A stretch of DNA of 54,046 nt, counting the filler, from Basidiobolus ranarum (taxonomy: Eukaryota): assembly GCA_040143965.1 (NCBI GenBank). It is 4 parts of 4 records of this genome, joined end to end, with 100 filler letters (N's around TTAATTAATTAA, not from the genome) between each part and the next. Parts side by side here need not be neighbours in the genome. Positions count along the whole stretch, not along the records: positions 1 to 13,451 come from JASJQH010007356.1; positions 13,552 to 26,992 come from JASJQH010007357.1; 2 more parts are not named here. One strand, given 5' to 3'. A program made the translations under genes and the position numbers. The notes beneath the pieces were generated by a model. It was not told the origin of the DNA, searched no databases, and saw only the letters and a program-made list of their open reading frames with translations. Numbering within the stretch: the first letter of the stretch is position 1; every line of letters starts with the position of its first letter. This document shows, in pieces, positions 11,346 to 24,066 of the stretch.

Positions 11346-12779
11346 ATGTCCAATAGTAGGAACGCTAATGGAGGTCCTCAAAGGCAACTATCGTTGACTG
11401 AAAGTGCCACCATTTCTGCTATATCTCCTGCGGTTGCGGTGTTTCTCACCAACCCTTTTGACGTTGGTACGTGATTAGAAAACATTGCCATGGTTACCAA
11501 AGAAACTCACTCTTCCTCCATTACAGCTAAAGTAAGAATGCAACTACAAGGCGAAGGAGTTGCTGGTCAAAAAGTAGCCTATCTTTTCTCTAGTCTTTTC
11601 GGCCACGTACTAAAGAAATAATTTTCATTTCAATAGATATACAAGAATAGTTTCGATTGCATGTGGAAACTTTGGAGTAATGAAGGTGAATGCACTCCAT
11701 CCTGTATTAAGTCTCCATAATATACTAAATAATTTGCTTAAATAGGTTTCCAAGCATTATATAAGGGTATTACACCAGCTGTGTATAGAGAAGGCTCCAA
11801 AAATATTTTTCGTATCGTACGTTTTGTTACTTGATGGATAATACTTGAATAGGATTCTTTATCTTAACTGTTGTTCTCAGGGAATGTTTGATCCATTATT
11901 GAATGCTGTACATGATCCAAATTCTGGAGTCACTGCACCCACTTGGAAGCGTGTTGTAGTAGGAAGCCTTTGCGGTGCAATGGGCGCGGTTAGTTGTAAC
12001 CCTTTCGAGTTGGCCAAAACGAGGTACCTTTCTTTCTGGTTTAATGTCGACTTTGAAATGATTTAATGAACTCGTTATTAGACTACAATCGGCTGTGAAA
12101 ATCACTGGAGCTGCGCATGTTGGCTATCAACACGGGTAAGTTACAGTCGTTTCTTTTGTTATAAACATGGAAATCTAAACAGGTTGTAAACACAATGTTC
12201 GGGTATATAGATACTCGGGGCTCAACGATGCGTTGATAAGTGTCATAAAGCGAGATGGATTCTTAGGTCTGTATAGAGGCTCTATGATGTCTATGGCTCG
12301 TTCTTTGGTAGGAAGTGGAGCGAATATGAGTACATATTCTCTGAGTAAAGAGTACATGCTACGAAATGGATTCCAAGATAGCGCATGGGTTGACATTGTA
12401 TGTGGATTCTATAGCGCATTTTGGTCGGTTCTGTGCATGAATCCTATTGATACCTTACGGGTTAGTTTAATTCCAATCCACTTCATTCGTATCTATTTCC
12501 CATGTATTAATAGTGAAATTTGTGTGATAGACTCGTCTCTATAATCAACCTACCTCTCAAAATGGTGCCGGACTTCTCTACGCGAATGGTTTTGATGCAT
12601 TTAAGAAAGTCACTTCATCTGAAGGTTATGGAGCGCTTTACAAAGGATTTGTATCCCACTTCTTGCGTATCGGACCTCATTTCGCCCTCTCCTTTTGCTT
12701 TGTAGGGATTTTACGTCGGGCCATCTTCACCTATAAAGATTCTAAAGAGGGGCTCGTCACGGCAACAACATTGTTTTAG
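11346..12779 (+). CDS. Mitochondrial carrier, oxaloacetate carrier / SLC25A34-35-like (multi-exon)
   Basis: Three PxD/ExxKxR repeats (NPFDV-AKVRMQ, NPFELAKTR-LQ, NPIDTLR-TRLY); HFLRIGPH; TAG at 12777-12779. Confidence 0.85.
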
Positions 12780-13211
12780 TATGGGTCGCGTAACTTCATT
12801 GGAATACTTCCCATTTCATTCATTCCTGTACACACAATCACATCTAATTCCTTTCATTTCACTGCTCTTGTTTTCCTTGATATATTGCATCCCTTCCTTG
12901 CCACGTGATTCGCCCACTAACCTCTGGCCAATCACCCAATGTAAAGGAAATATACTCATACTCATACCATTATCTTTATCTACCATACTACATTATGTTC
13001 TGGCATACCATACGAGCACCTCTGAATATATTGTACCTTACAAGCACCTCTAAAGAAGGTCATTGTGTCAAAATGATTTTATCCATATAGTTGATCCAAA
13101 GTGGATGATTGAGATTTATTAGTTAGAGGAGGGGATATGAACTTTCTACTATTGATGATGAAGGTAGGTATTGGATAAATGAGAGGTATTGTAGAAAGGA
13201 TCAACGAACAT

Positions 13212-13451
13212 TTAGAGGATCAACCGAAAAATGGTCAAAAATGTCAGGGGAATCAGGTACGAGTGGATCCTGATATTATTACTCTCACTAGCCAGATAGT
13301 TTGAGGGAGTAGACTTGAGTGCATCAGTTTGCGCTACAACCGCACTGACTATTACTGGCGTCGTGGAAGTAGCAATTGTAGAAGTAGCAATTGTGGGAGT
13401 AGGTATGCTAGTGGTGGGCACTATCACGTTGGCTAGATCTGGGGAATCACC
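13212..13451 (-). CDS. C-terminal fragment of a Ser/Thr-rich, probably GPI-anchored or membrane protein (truncated by contig end)
   Basis: PTTSIPTPTIATSTIATSTT stalk, SESN candidate omega site and hydrophobic C-terminus; the frame runs into the N gap. Confidence 0.55.
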   Translation of the reverse strand, partial: GDSPDLANVIVPTTSIPTPTIATSTIATSTTPVIVSAVVAQTDALKSTPSNYLASESNNIRIHSYLIPLTFLTIFRLIL

Positions 13452-13551
13452 NNNNNNNNNNNNNNNNNNNNNNNNNNNNNNNNNNNNNNNNNNNNTTAAT
13501 TAATTAANNNNNNNNNNNNNNNNNNNNNNNNNNNNNNNNNNNNNNNNNNNN
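13452..13551. other. Artificial contig linker (100 nt of N containing TTAATTAATTAA)
   Basis: Six-frame stop spacer embedded in Ns; the same at all three gaps. Confidence 0.97.
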
Positions 13552-14600
13552 CTACTCTCTACCATAACATAGCAACCCACTGCTATTCCCAAGACATATA
13601 TTAGTTAGATCTGCTCTGCTGATATATCCTGCTTAAGCAGTTCTAAGATTCTGTACTTAACTGTTTCTTTGGATCAGTAAAGTTCAAGACTTATTAGCCA
13701 CTTTTCTCTTGGACACAATGGGTGGGAGTAAAATGAGCTATTTTTGGGGCAATTTGGATGAGTTTGAAATTTCCAATATGAAACTGCCAAGTCTTACATT
13801 ATTCACATATATATATAATATATACTCTGATTTGCAGTTAAGTGATGTTTGACTAAGTAATCTTAACTTACTTATATGGTATATATGAAGTAGTTAGGTG
13901 TATAAAGACAGAGATAACAAATATGATAAAGACAATAAACTTCAACATAGACCTCCAGCTAGACCTATGGAAGCAATACCTTGCCTCTAAGACACCTTTC
14001 TTGATTCCCATTATTCCATGTTTTTGTCCTATTGTCCATCTGGTTTGTACTAAGTACCTTCCTTTCTGCTTACCACTTCTGCCCATTAACACTATATTTA
14101 CATCCACTGAACTTAATTACATTGGTCATCAAGTTAAGCATGGATATGAACCAGTATTGTCACAATATCTTAAAAGATTAATGTCTTGAGTGTCACTTTG
14201 TTTAGATGAGTATTTAAGCTAAATAAAGTCCACACCATATGGTGCTTTTCACCCCCCTGACCCTCTACTCAGGCCTCATCCCTTCTGGAATACTTCACTC
14301 TTGGCTCCATCCTATCTGGAATACTCTTAGGCCTAGCTTACTAGGAAACTTAGCTTTGTCAACATCTTGACTTTAACTTTGAATATTATATTCTAACTAG
14401 GCTTATTTATTTATTGACTATGTTTAAATAGATAAATAAATATTACACCTTCTGGTGCTTATCATCCCCTACACTGACTGTCTCCCCCTGCTTTTCATCC
14501 CCCCTAACCCAAATTCTTGAACAGTAAGGATAGAGAAATTGAGCAATGTTTCAATGCTCTGGCACCTTCAGTTATATCCATAAGACCCATAGAGCACAAG
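13552..14600. mobile_element. Degenerate repeat / transposon relic (family unassigned)
   Basis: No CpG seen over ~1 kb, no credible ORF, contig-end position, three short related motifs (ggtgcttttcaccccc-like) at ~14241, 14454 and 14489. Confidence 0.4.
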
Positions 14601-15307
14601 TATCCGGGACAGCAAGTCACATCTGCGAATTGTTATTTCTGTGGCAAACTGCGGAGTATATAGCTAAATAAGGAATAGATAGGATAATGGTATTGCATAA
14701 TGAAAAATCAGTATCTCCATGGATTTGGTTATTGTACATTGTGATTGGATAAATTGGTCAAAAGAGAACCCTATACACTTCAGCATTACGCGCTTAAAGA
14801 TACCAAGGGAGTGATTACCTCCTTGTGATTAAAGTATGCTTGGATTGGTGAACATGTCTCCTAAGCTTATGGAGGGCTAGGGTTTAGCTCATGTAAGCTT
14901 CCATACAAAGCTAAAGAGATACTTCCCTATATATGATGCATGTTTGCAAAATGTTCCACGGTAAATCTATATTGTCCTGTCAACATCTACCCAGCAAAAT
15001 CTCTCAGGACCAGATTCATAGTACTAGCTACATTAGCCACTACCAAGATGAGAAGTGGCAAGAGAGATACAACCATAACTTCTCCCCACCGCTTTACTTA
15101 CTATCATTACTTATACCTCAGATGAAATGTATGTGTTTCTTGTAGCCAAGATAGAATGGTGCTCTTAAATGTATTTATTGGATTAACATGCACTTCCATT
15201 TACCAACTGGGTTACATTTATTTCAAATTGGGTGTCATAATGAGTTTCGTAATTATTTCGTGCATACATGCTATGTTTCTTAATTGCTTCTTGTGTTTCT
15301 TGATTTT

Positions 15308-17203
15308 CTAGTAGCCTGACCAATAGGCTCCATTGTTTGTGACTTTGGCTGAGTCGTAAACAAGATAGGTAGAACTGTTGTATGGTCGGGACGGGAACAC
15401 GCCAATAAAGTTGCTCTGAATTTCCATACTTTTTACTGTGGCTGACCCATTGACCCAGTATCCCACGCCGTTAGCGTTGTTGCTTGTAGGATAAACTCGA
15501 GTTGTCAAGGCAAATCGGTCATTGGCGTAGATCTCAATGATTGAGTTATCAACCCAAATATCCAATTCCAGAGTTTCCCGATCGATAGTGCGTTCGATCT
15601 GGTTATAGAAATCAAACAGCGAAAAGAATCCAGTGACCGGCGTTGTGGTGAACTGGTGGATCAGAGTGGATCGGGAACGATCTACAGTGATGGTGGAATT
15701 TCTTGGATCAAATATAATACTAGTGCGTTCTTGAGTTTCGTCGCTAGAGCGAAGGACAAGAGCGACTTGGGAATCGTCATGGATAGATAGACTAGCCTTC
15801 AAGCGGAATTTATCTCCGAGGTTACTCAATCTGTGCATCTCTCCCTCGCCATGAATGGTTTTGTTCATCATAATGGCCGGTTGCATCGGTACAAACAAAT
15901 TGCGCACTTGTTGTACGGGCTTTATACCCATCGTTGTAACCGTGTATGTCCCATTTTGATTTTCTCGGGCAGTCCAGGGGGATCTCTTGGTGAGCATTCC
16001 ATTGGTGTTGACTACGCCAGTGTAAGTTTTTACTGATAATTCTCGAGGAAGAGTAAGTGCGCCTTGGTATCCCATTGCCTTATCCCCGTAATTATTTGTA
16101 TCTTCGGCAATCCAGCCAAGGGCGATTCTCTTTCCAGAAGAGCTATCCAAGAACGAACTAATAGCGTAAGTAATTCCCCAATCCATAGCTCCAGTGGCGA
16201 TTGTTTCAAATTTAACCGTCTGATCATCAGTATGTGCAGTGATTATGCCCTCAGACCAGATGGAAGAATGATTATTGATATGGAATGAGTTGGCTGCACC
16301 TTCGGTTCCCATCGTAGCAAAATGATGCAGGTTTCCCTCTTCATCAGGAAGAGTAAAGACGTTGGCACATTCGAAGTTGAACCCATACCCAAGAGAGTGG
16401 TCACTCCAACTAGCATTTAGGCCTTGGGATACAATCTTTCCGAGGAAAGTCCACTCTGTGAGATCATTCTTTGGTGCGGAATATAGCAGTACATCAGGCC
16501 CAACCTCTTTGATACCACCGGAGACTGTCACATAGGCATGCTTCACTTCATTATCGGCTCCGTAGATAATACTATCCAAAGGAGTACTGGGGTCTATGTA
16601 CATCGAATCACGGAAAGCAGTTACGTTGTAGCCCTTTGGTGGATGAAGAATAACTGGTTTTCCATCGTTATAGGGAGTCCAGGTGTTACCATAATCACTG
16701 GAAACGGCCAAAGCTTGAGATGAAGTTCCATAGATATATGGACGATCCCAACTGGTTGGTAGATGCTTTACTGCTGTATACATGATGGTTAAGTTTCCAT
16801 CTCCTCCATCGATTAGGGATCCATCAAAAACACCCAGTTGATCTGGAGAGTTCGGAGTGGGAGACAAGGCAATTGGGTTCTCCCAACCACCAACATCGTA
16901 CCAGACGATAAGATCACTAGAAACAGCATGGCCCCAGGTCATATTCCCCCATTGGACGTGGTGTGGATGCCACTGATAGAAAAGATGGTAGGTCCTGGTA
17001 TTGGGTTCGTAGAAGGGAGCACACGGGTCATTCATCCAAGAGTTAGGTGCGATGAAATGATAAGAAGGCCGCCACTTCTGAAAGAGGGTATTGTTAGCTA
17101 CGGTATTAAGATCCTCAGAAGAGAGATTCCAGGCATTTGCTGCTGGTTGCAGTAAAGCGAGAGAAACCCCCAGAAGAGAGTGTATCCATACCGAAGAAAG
17201 CAT
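15308..17203 (-). CDS. Secreted GH32 beta-fructofuranosidase (invertase/inulinase)
   Basis: Signal peptide; WMNDPC nucleophile motif, WGHAVS, FDGS, FRD, FEC; C-terminal beta-sandwich (VDNSIIEIYAND); intronless. Confidence 0.93.
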   Translation of the reverse strand: MLSSVWIHSLLGVSLALLQPAANAWNLSSEDLNTVANNTLFQKWRPSYHFIAPNSWMNDPCAPFYEPNTRTYHLFYQWHPHHVQWGNMTWGHAVSSDLIVWYDVGGWENPIALSPTPNSPDQLGVFDGSLIDGGDGNLTIMYTAVKHLPTSWDRPYIYGTSSQALAVSSDYGNTWTPYNDGKPVILHPPKGYNVTAFRDSMYIDPSTPLDSIIYGADNEVKHAYVTVSGGIKEVGPDVLLYSAPKNDLTEWTFLGKIVSQGLNASWSDHSLGYGFNFECANVFTLPDEEGNLHHFATMGTEGAANSFHINNHSSIWSEGIITAHTDDQTVKFETIATGAMDWGITYAISSFLDSSSGKRIALGWIAEDTNNYGDKAMGYQGALTLPRELSVKTYTGVVNTNGMLTKRSPWTARENQNGTYTVTTMGIKPVQQVRNLFVPMQPAIMMNKTIHGEGEMHRLSNLGDKFRLKASLSIHDDSQVALVLRSSDETQERTSIIFDPRNSTITVDRSRSTLIHQFTTTPVTGFFSLFDFYNQIERTIDRETLELDIWVDNSIIEIYANDRFALTTRVYPTSNNANGVGYWVNGSATVKSMEIQSNFIGVFPSRPYNSSTYLVYDSAKVTNNGAYWSGY

Positions 17204-18310
17204 ATTGTTGTTCCGAGGAATAGGATTTGAAGTCTATTTATAAACTTTGAAGACATACCTATTTAGGAAATGGGACCACGGTAGTGAGTCAGTATATAAA
17301 GAAAACGGGTACACTTTACTCCGGCAATGGTACCACTTTGCTAAGCACTACATCCTATTGGGAAGGAATGTACACAACAAGTGGGTTAGCATCAATAAGT
17401 GAACGGAGCTGTCAAATCCAATGAATTCAAGACAGCCCTGTCCTAAATTGATCTGGAACCGGTGCGCCACTATCGACAAAAGAAGCTAGTTAGATCTTTC
17501 GCGAGCACTAGAAATCGTTAATCTAGATAACTCAACCCAACGAAAATCACTGTCTCAGCCTCATTTGTATTTTAGTAATTTCACAACTGTTACGAAACAA
17601 TCGAAATGTTTCAGCTAATTGAGGATAGATAACTACATATGGGTGGATTTAGAATGAATTGTGGTAAATTGTGACATATCTATTAGTGGAAGAATATAGG
17701 GCTAGGCATCCGATTTACGATCGGAATTGTAATCCTGATATCAAGTGAGTATGTGGCGCTTAACAGTCGTTGAAAATCTGAGAGAGTCGGCTCCATGTCT
17801 AATCGCACTCATTACCATACGCATAAGGCTTGAAAAGTGGATGAACTCTAGCTGATAAGGATATGTGAATAAAGAATAGTATTAACACAAACCAATGACT
17901 GTGGAAGAAGGTAAATAGCATTGTATTTCGAAATTGACTACATAGTATCTAATAGAATGAGGCGGAACAAGCTAAACAAAATCGATGGAAAGGGAACAGT
18001 ATGCCAAGTTTGAAGTCATTAAAAACCAATGGAAATCTTGGAAATATTCCGACATAATGCAGTATAGGTGCTTTCATTACCAACTTTTCCAAGATGAAGT
18101 CTATTAACAATTGGCTTACGTCATCGATATTTGTGTACTTACTGAATGTTGGAAAATAGACTGACCTATCCCAGAGATGTTGAGAAAACCTGAGTTCTCA
18201 ACCAGGCAAGACTTTTCTCCACTTCCTTAGTACAGAAGGAACACATATCTGTGCTGTTCTTCTTTTTTGCAGTACTATTATCAATATCTTGCTTTAATAT
18301 AGTCAAAAGC

Positions 18311-19320
18311 AGGTGTAAACCACATATTTTCTAACCATCATCAACACTTCCAATTCATCCCAAATGATTACAACAGGTCATGAACACCAAGTTAGTACTA
18401 TTTACTAGTACTCTCCATTGGTACCCTTTAACATTAAGCAACTATATGGTGGTTACTCATGATTACTCATATATTGTGTCAATTCTACAAATTGTGTTGT
18501 TTATTTTTAGTAATTCTACAGTAGTTGGTTATATCCAATACAATGTTGTGAGTATTTGGGGTGAATTGGAAGGCTTGGGAAAATTACAAGAAATATGTGT
18601 TTTGCACTTGTTAGCTGTTTGGGCTTAACATGATTATATATACTTATTGTGAAAATGAAATAAACCTATAACTGCTGAAATTAGCATAGCCTAAAGCACC
18701 TATTTAATCATACATAGCTTAGTGTTTAGTTACTTTTTATTTCAGTAAGATGTCACCTTAAGTTCTGAGATATATAGATTTTTGAAACTTTTACTAAAAG
18801 CCCTTAACTTAGCTATATATGACTAAAGAGGTGCTTAGGCAATGCTAACTTCAATATTATCAACATTTAGCCAACTTTTAAAATTCTCCAAATAGTGGTG
18901 TCATGGTAACAAAATCCAGCAAGCTGTGTGAAGAACTATCAAATAGTGGATTTAATCATGATTACATGTGGAGTTGGAGGGCTTTTGTTGAAAATGAAAT
19001 AGCTTAAGCATCTATATATTCATATGGTTAGCTCCCTAAATTTTACTATGTGTGTATTAACTATCTTCATAAGGAATTTACATAGATTATTGAGACCAAC
19101 TTAGAAGTTTGAAGATTATATGATTTTCTCAAACTTATCCAGGAGATATCAAAGCTTTGACATGTTCCTGGGACCTTCCTGAACATAATATACACATAGT
19201 TTTGACCACTTATTGACAAAAGTATACAAGTCAACTTACACTCAATAAATCATTAAGTGAAAACATCTAATTCTTCTAGCTCTCCAAACCACTTCCAACA
19301 ACTCCCAAAATACTTTAACA
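18311..19320. mobile_element. Nested inverted-repeat (foldback/MITE-like) non-coding element
   Basis: 18311-18375 is a diverged reverse complement of 18544-18609, and 18676-18719 of 18811-18853. 19230-19320 is a further related inverted unit. The region is CpG-free. Confidence 0.6.
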
Positions 19321-20392
19321 GCTTTGAGTATTTGAGAAAGAATGCAAACAGTACGAATATGTAAAAGTTATTTGCAAATGGAACTTTGTGAGTGCTTTTT
19401 CCCATATCAAATAAAAAATAATAAGAATTAGATTATATTTGTATAAGAGAGCTTTGAATGGAGGTTTGAAAATTTTGCAAACACGTGGAAAGTATTCACT
19501 TTAGTGGTGCTGATGATAAGCGATGTCTTGGGAAGTATCGTTGATACTATGAGTTAGGTGTTGTATTGTGTGCCTAGATTAGATATTTCTAAGATTATGT
19601 AGCGATAGAAGTATAGCAAACCAATCATGTCAATCCTACCGAATGGTATCGATGATAAGTGCGTAAAACTAGTTCAATATGGTATTCGGATGTAAAAGGA
19701 TATCTGTTCATCGATAAGGCACGCAGACAATTTGCATGAACACGCTCTAAACATAGCCAGTGATACAAGCTGTCATACAAACCATGGGAAATAGTCAGAT
19801 CTATGAACAAGAACAACAATGCCACGCAAATCGGAATGAAATTCATTTATTCTAGCCACATATATGGCTTAGCCAGATATCAAGATATACTCTTGACTAG
19901 TTATCAAGATATGGTCTGAGAATTTACTGAGAGTCAGCCCCATGCTCGATCATCATTCGCGATCTCCATTTACGCCATCCCAATGACCCATTCACCCACA
20001 CATGATCAGTCTCTGTCCAGTAAACTTGGCAGAAAGTGGAACTTATTGTGCATGTCCCAGATAGAATTAGTGGAGAGATATACCTTTTACGCGTTATGAG
20101 ACCTGGCCCCAATATATGTCTCCTTATTTGGCATTTATTACTTCTCCTTGTCTGGTATCGTGGATACTAAAATTGGCAATCCCATCGCGATAACTAGTGA
20201 GAGAAAACCAGTTGAACCATGAATAAGTTGTGTATATTCGATCCAGTTCTTGGCTGATGTACATTCCATATAGTAGGATTTTCATGAAAGTCCAGAAGTA
20301 GAACATGAAAGGATCCGATAGTAAAATGTTTATTTCATTTTGGTTTTAATCCTAAAATTTACATATTTTCTTTAGAGTTGTGGACGGTGAAT

Positions 20393-21896
20393 CTATTTCC
20401 CGTGATGGTTACTTTTGGATGTCAACTCTTCGATACTCTTTCCCTTCGTTTCTTTGACGAAAAAGAGAACTGCTAAGAAACCTACGGCGCAACATGAGGC
20501 AAAGATAATAAAGACATAGCCGTGCATGGTATCTGAGAGGGTGGGGAAAATGAGACCGATAACGAAATTGGATAACCAATTGGCGGTAAGGGCAAAACTG
20601 GTGGTGGTGGAGACAGCATTGGTTGGAAGTAATTCACTCATAATAAGGAAAGGGATAGAACCAAGACCGATGGCGAAGGAAGCAACAAACAACATGATAG
20701 CTGCCACTGTTAAACCGTTGCTGGGTACTTGAAGACCGACACACATAAGAATACAGAAAATCGCTGAACCACCACTGGAAGCCAGTAATAAAATCTTTCT
20801 ACCAGCACGATCGACTAGTACAACGGAAATGATGGTCATTACAACGTTTAAGCAACAAAGACCAACTGTAACGTATTTAGCATTGTCCCCATAAATATTA
20901 GTAAAGATGGAGGTAGAGTAGTACATGACACCGTTGATTCCAGACCATTGCTGGAGAAGACTGAGGCCAATGGAAATGAAGAAATTCAATCTGCAGTAGG
21001 AATCTCTCATGATTTCAGTAAAACCAAGACTCTTGGGGAGATCCTTAGCTGCCTCACGAGCTTGAACGATCTCTTCGAATTCAGCCTCAATATCATATCC
21101 GCTTCTCAACTTGACTAAAGCAGCTCTTGCTTCTTCAAGGCGACCTCTTGAAACAAGATAACGAGGGGTCTCAACACATAGTGGCATCAAGACTGCCTGG
21201 ATAAGTCCAAAAGCACCAGGAAGGGCAACTAATACTCTCCAACCGACAGGTGTAGACATACCCAAACTCATGCACAGAACAACTACAATACCAATAACAG
21301 TGTAGAACTGATTGATAGAACCGAATGTACCTCTGGTCTTAGTGGGAGCAATTTCACCAATATAAGTTGGTAAGACTACACCGCCGTAACCACATGAGAA
21401 ACCCATAAAGAAACGGCCAACAGTCCACATACCAGGGTTAATAGAGCAACCAATTAAGATACCACCCAGAACGAAGAAGAAATTGTTGACTAAAAGAGCA
21501 TTACGTCGGCCGAGTCTTTCTTGCGCGTAACCGGCACACATACTACCGATTGTTCCGCCAAGAGCACCACTACCGACTGCGAAACCCCAAAGCCATGAGC
21601 CCATATTGAAGCAGTAAGGAAATATACCGCTCAACTTCTCCTCGGATTGATCGCAGTTGTGAATAGAGTCGGATGCTAGGAAATAATGGCAATGTCAGTA
21701 AAAGTTTGATGTTACGCATGTTCTGGAGGCTCGACTTACTGATGTTGGTAGAAGATGTATTGAAACCACTGCAGAACATCACCAGACAAGCAATCATCAC
21801 ACAGAACAAGGTATATGAAGGATAGCTGACATCGCGAGAGTCAAGAGGACTGGTAATTTGGGTGCCTGTAGCTGGATCTTGTTTTGTTTCACCCAT
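20393..21896 (-). CDS. MFS sugar porter (GLUT-like hexose transporter), 2 exons
   Basis: Start MGETKQDP, one intron at ~21677-21739. Motifs ERLGRR, YIGEIAP, ETPRYL, QQWSGIN, DRAGRK, SELLP, KETKGK. Confidence 0.92.
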
Positions 21897-23993
21897 TTGC
21901 TGATTGAAGTTGGAATTCAGTTTGTATTTAGGTTGTTGGACATCGCGTCTTTTATAAGTGAAGGGTTGTAGCATTGGTGAGCCGAAGTCATCATTATTGG
22001 TCAATATCGAACAGTATCTCTTCCCCATTTCGATCACCCTATAATAAGCATTAGTGATTACTTGTGTATATACCCCAGGTAGAGTCAGCCAAGCAACAGG
22101 AATGGAGGTTTCAAAGTATACCATAAAAGTGGCTTTTCTTTCTATTTCTGTCAACGATGACAACTGCATTCCGGTCATTCCTAGCGATCGGGATTGTAAT
22201 GGTTTGTTAACACCATCCACTCTCATTGTATCACTAAATCCAACAAATCAAATTAGCCACAATATATAAATGGAAAAAGAGTCGCTTACTAGAGTATCCG
22301 ATTTATTAGCTATATTCCAGAATATACTATCTCTAGACCAAACTCTCTTTTTAACTCAATATAGACCCATATAAGCAAGAACATTATGTGACATGTATAA
22401 CTGAAAATAAATAGCAGCATTACCCATAGATGGGAATTATTTCCGGATTTATTCTACCAGATAGGTTTACCGAGACTTTATGGACTTGTCTGCTGCTACT
22501 GCTGTTTCTTTAATACATATTCCGCTGGACAGGTTCAACCAAGTTTTCAAGAAACTTTAGTCTGGAAATTTTGCATTATATTTTATGAGAAACATGTAAT
22601 AGAAACCAGGGACGGTGCTGACAAGCTTTGATAGAAGAACATAAAATGGCTGTACATCTGTAAAATGGATACTCCAAGTTCCAACCAGTTGACGATATGG
22701 AATTAATAAGGTTAATTAGTTGACAAATCATATATATACATATTCTAGATCCCATTGGCCATGAATATTTTAAATATACTCTATTGAACGATATTTGAAC
22801 ATGTATTCTAGATGCTTACAAAAATAGTCATCAGAGGGCATATGAGCATAAGCCGATAGAAAGAGGCATCCAGAGGAGTATACAGGGTAAGTATATAGGG
22901 ATGATAGAAAGAAGTATTTGGAGGAACACATAATGGCTAGAAGATAGCACTGCTTATAGTATCGATTAAAGTCTGAAATTGTAACTAGATAGGAAGCTAA
23001 ATGAAACTGCAATCTTATATACAGTCAGCGAAGGAAAACTTAAGAAGGAAAAGCCACTGTCTGCAATTGGCCCAAAAAGGCATTAATTCAGTTATATATG
23101 CTTTGATGTTTACATATAGGGAACTATTAATTTTACTAAATGTGCTACTACTAATAGACTATAAGAGATCAGAGGTCTAGATAGAACACTTTTCTGCGTT
23201 TTGCTGTAAAAATTCTATTTTATAATCTGAGAGCTCTACGTTGTTAGGTAAGAAATTTCGAGATGAATATTTGAAATTGTGGAAAATCATTTAAGCCATC
23301 CCAAATGATTTTGCCTTTACCGAGGAGATAAGTATTGGATTCAAGTAGTGGTACTGAGAAGTAAACCTTTTCTTTGAAGTGCTGATTTGAATTCTAACAA
23401 ATAATGACATCTTTCTATTAAGGAAAAGTATTTATCTTATAATATAATTTTATTATTACAACGGCTACACAATAAAATCCAAGTTAGACACAAGGCATAC
23501 TGTTAGTTAGCTTGGAGTTCTAACGCCTAGTTGGAGTTTTTCAAAAATACTTTCCATTTTCTCCATCTTTTTAACATTCACCTGAGCTTACATGTTGTTG
23601 GTTACATTGGGTTGGATTGATTCGATTCAGGTTGGGAGGTTAATCGTTTAGAATTGATCATCAAGTAATCGATTCAGATCGATTCTATTGGCAGTCTGTC
23701 CACATAGCTACAAGATCGTCATAATCTATCACAACCAATCATCCTTATGTCACTCAGCATTCCGCAATATAAACTTTCAAATACAACCGGGGATACTAAA
23801 CCAAGTTTAGACATAGCTTTTAGTAGAAAGTAGTAAGAGTTGATTATAAATAACGCATTTTATAATCAGGTTATTATCGACATTAATATCTAGGAGTAGA
23901 AGATAATGTCTTACGATTGAACTTAGGGCTAGTCAATCATATAAAAATAGAAGCAAAAAAGTTTGTTGTCAATGGTAAGGAGATAAAAGTAAA

Positions 23994-24066
23994 CGACCGA
24001 GGTGGGGGTCGAACCCACGACTTTCTCCTCCGGAGGGAGACACTCTTTCCACTGAGCTACACGGCC
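23994..24066 (-). tRNA. tRNA-Arg(CCG)
   Basis: GGCCGTGTAGCTCAGTGGAAAGAG...TCTCC-CTCCGGA-GGAGA...GTGGGTTCGACCCCCAC-CTCGGTCG folds into a cloverleaf with anticodon CCG; one U:U mismatch in the acceptor stem. Confidence 0.93.

Noticed and set aside
13496-13508. TTAATTAATTAA (PacI-like palindrome) recurring at ~13.5-kb spacing
   Set aside because: It is embedded in N runs and is an assembly or concatenation linker, not biology.
19625-20306. Three short minus-strand ORFs downstream of the transporter
   Set aside because: No recognisable motifs or consistent splice structure; they may be decayed sequence.
21570-22226. 218-aa minus-strand ORF as a separate gene
   Set aside because: It is exon 1 of the sugar transporter plus upstream sequence and intron read-through.
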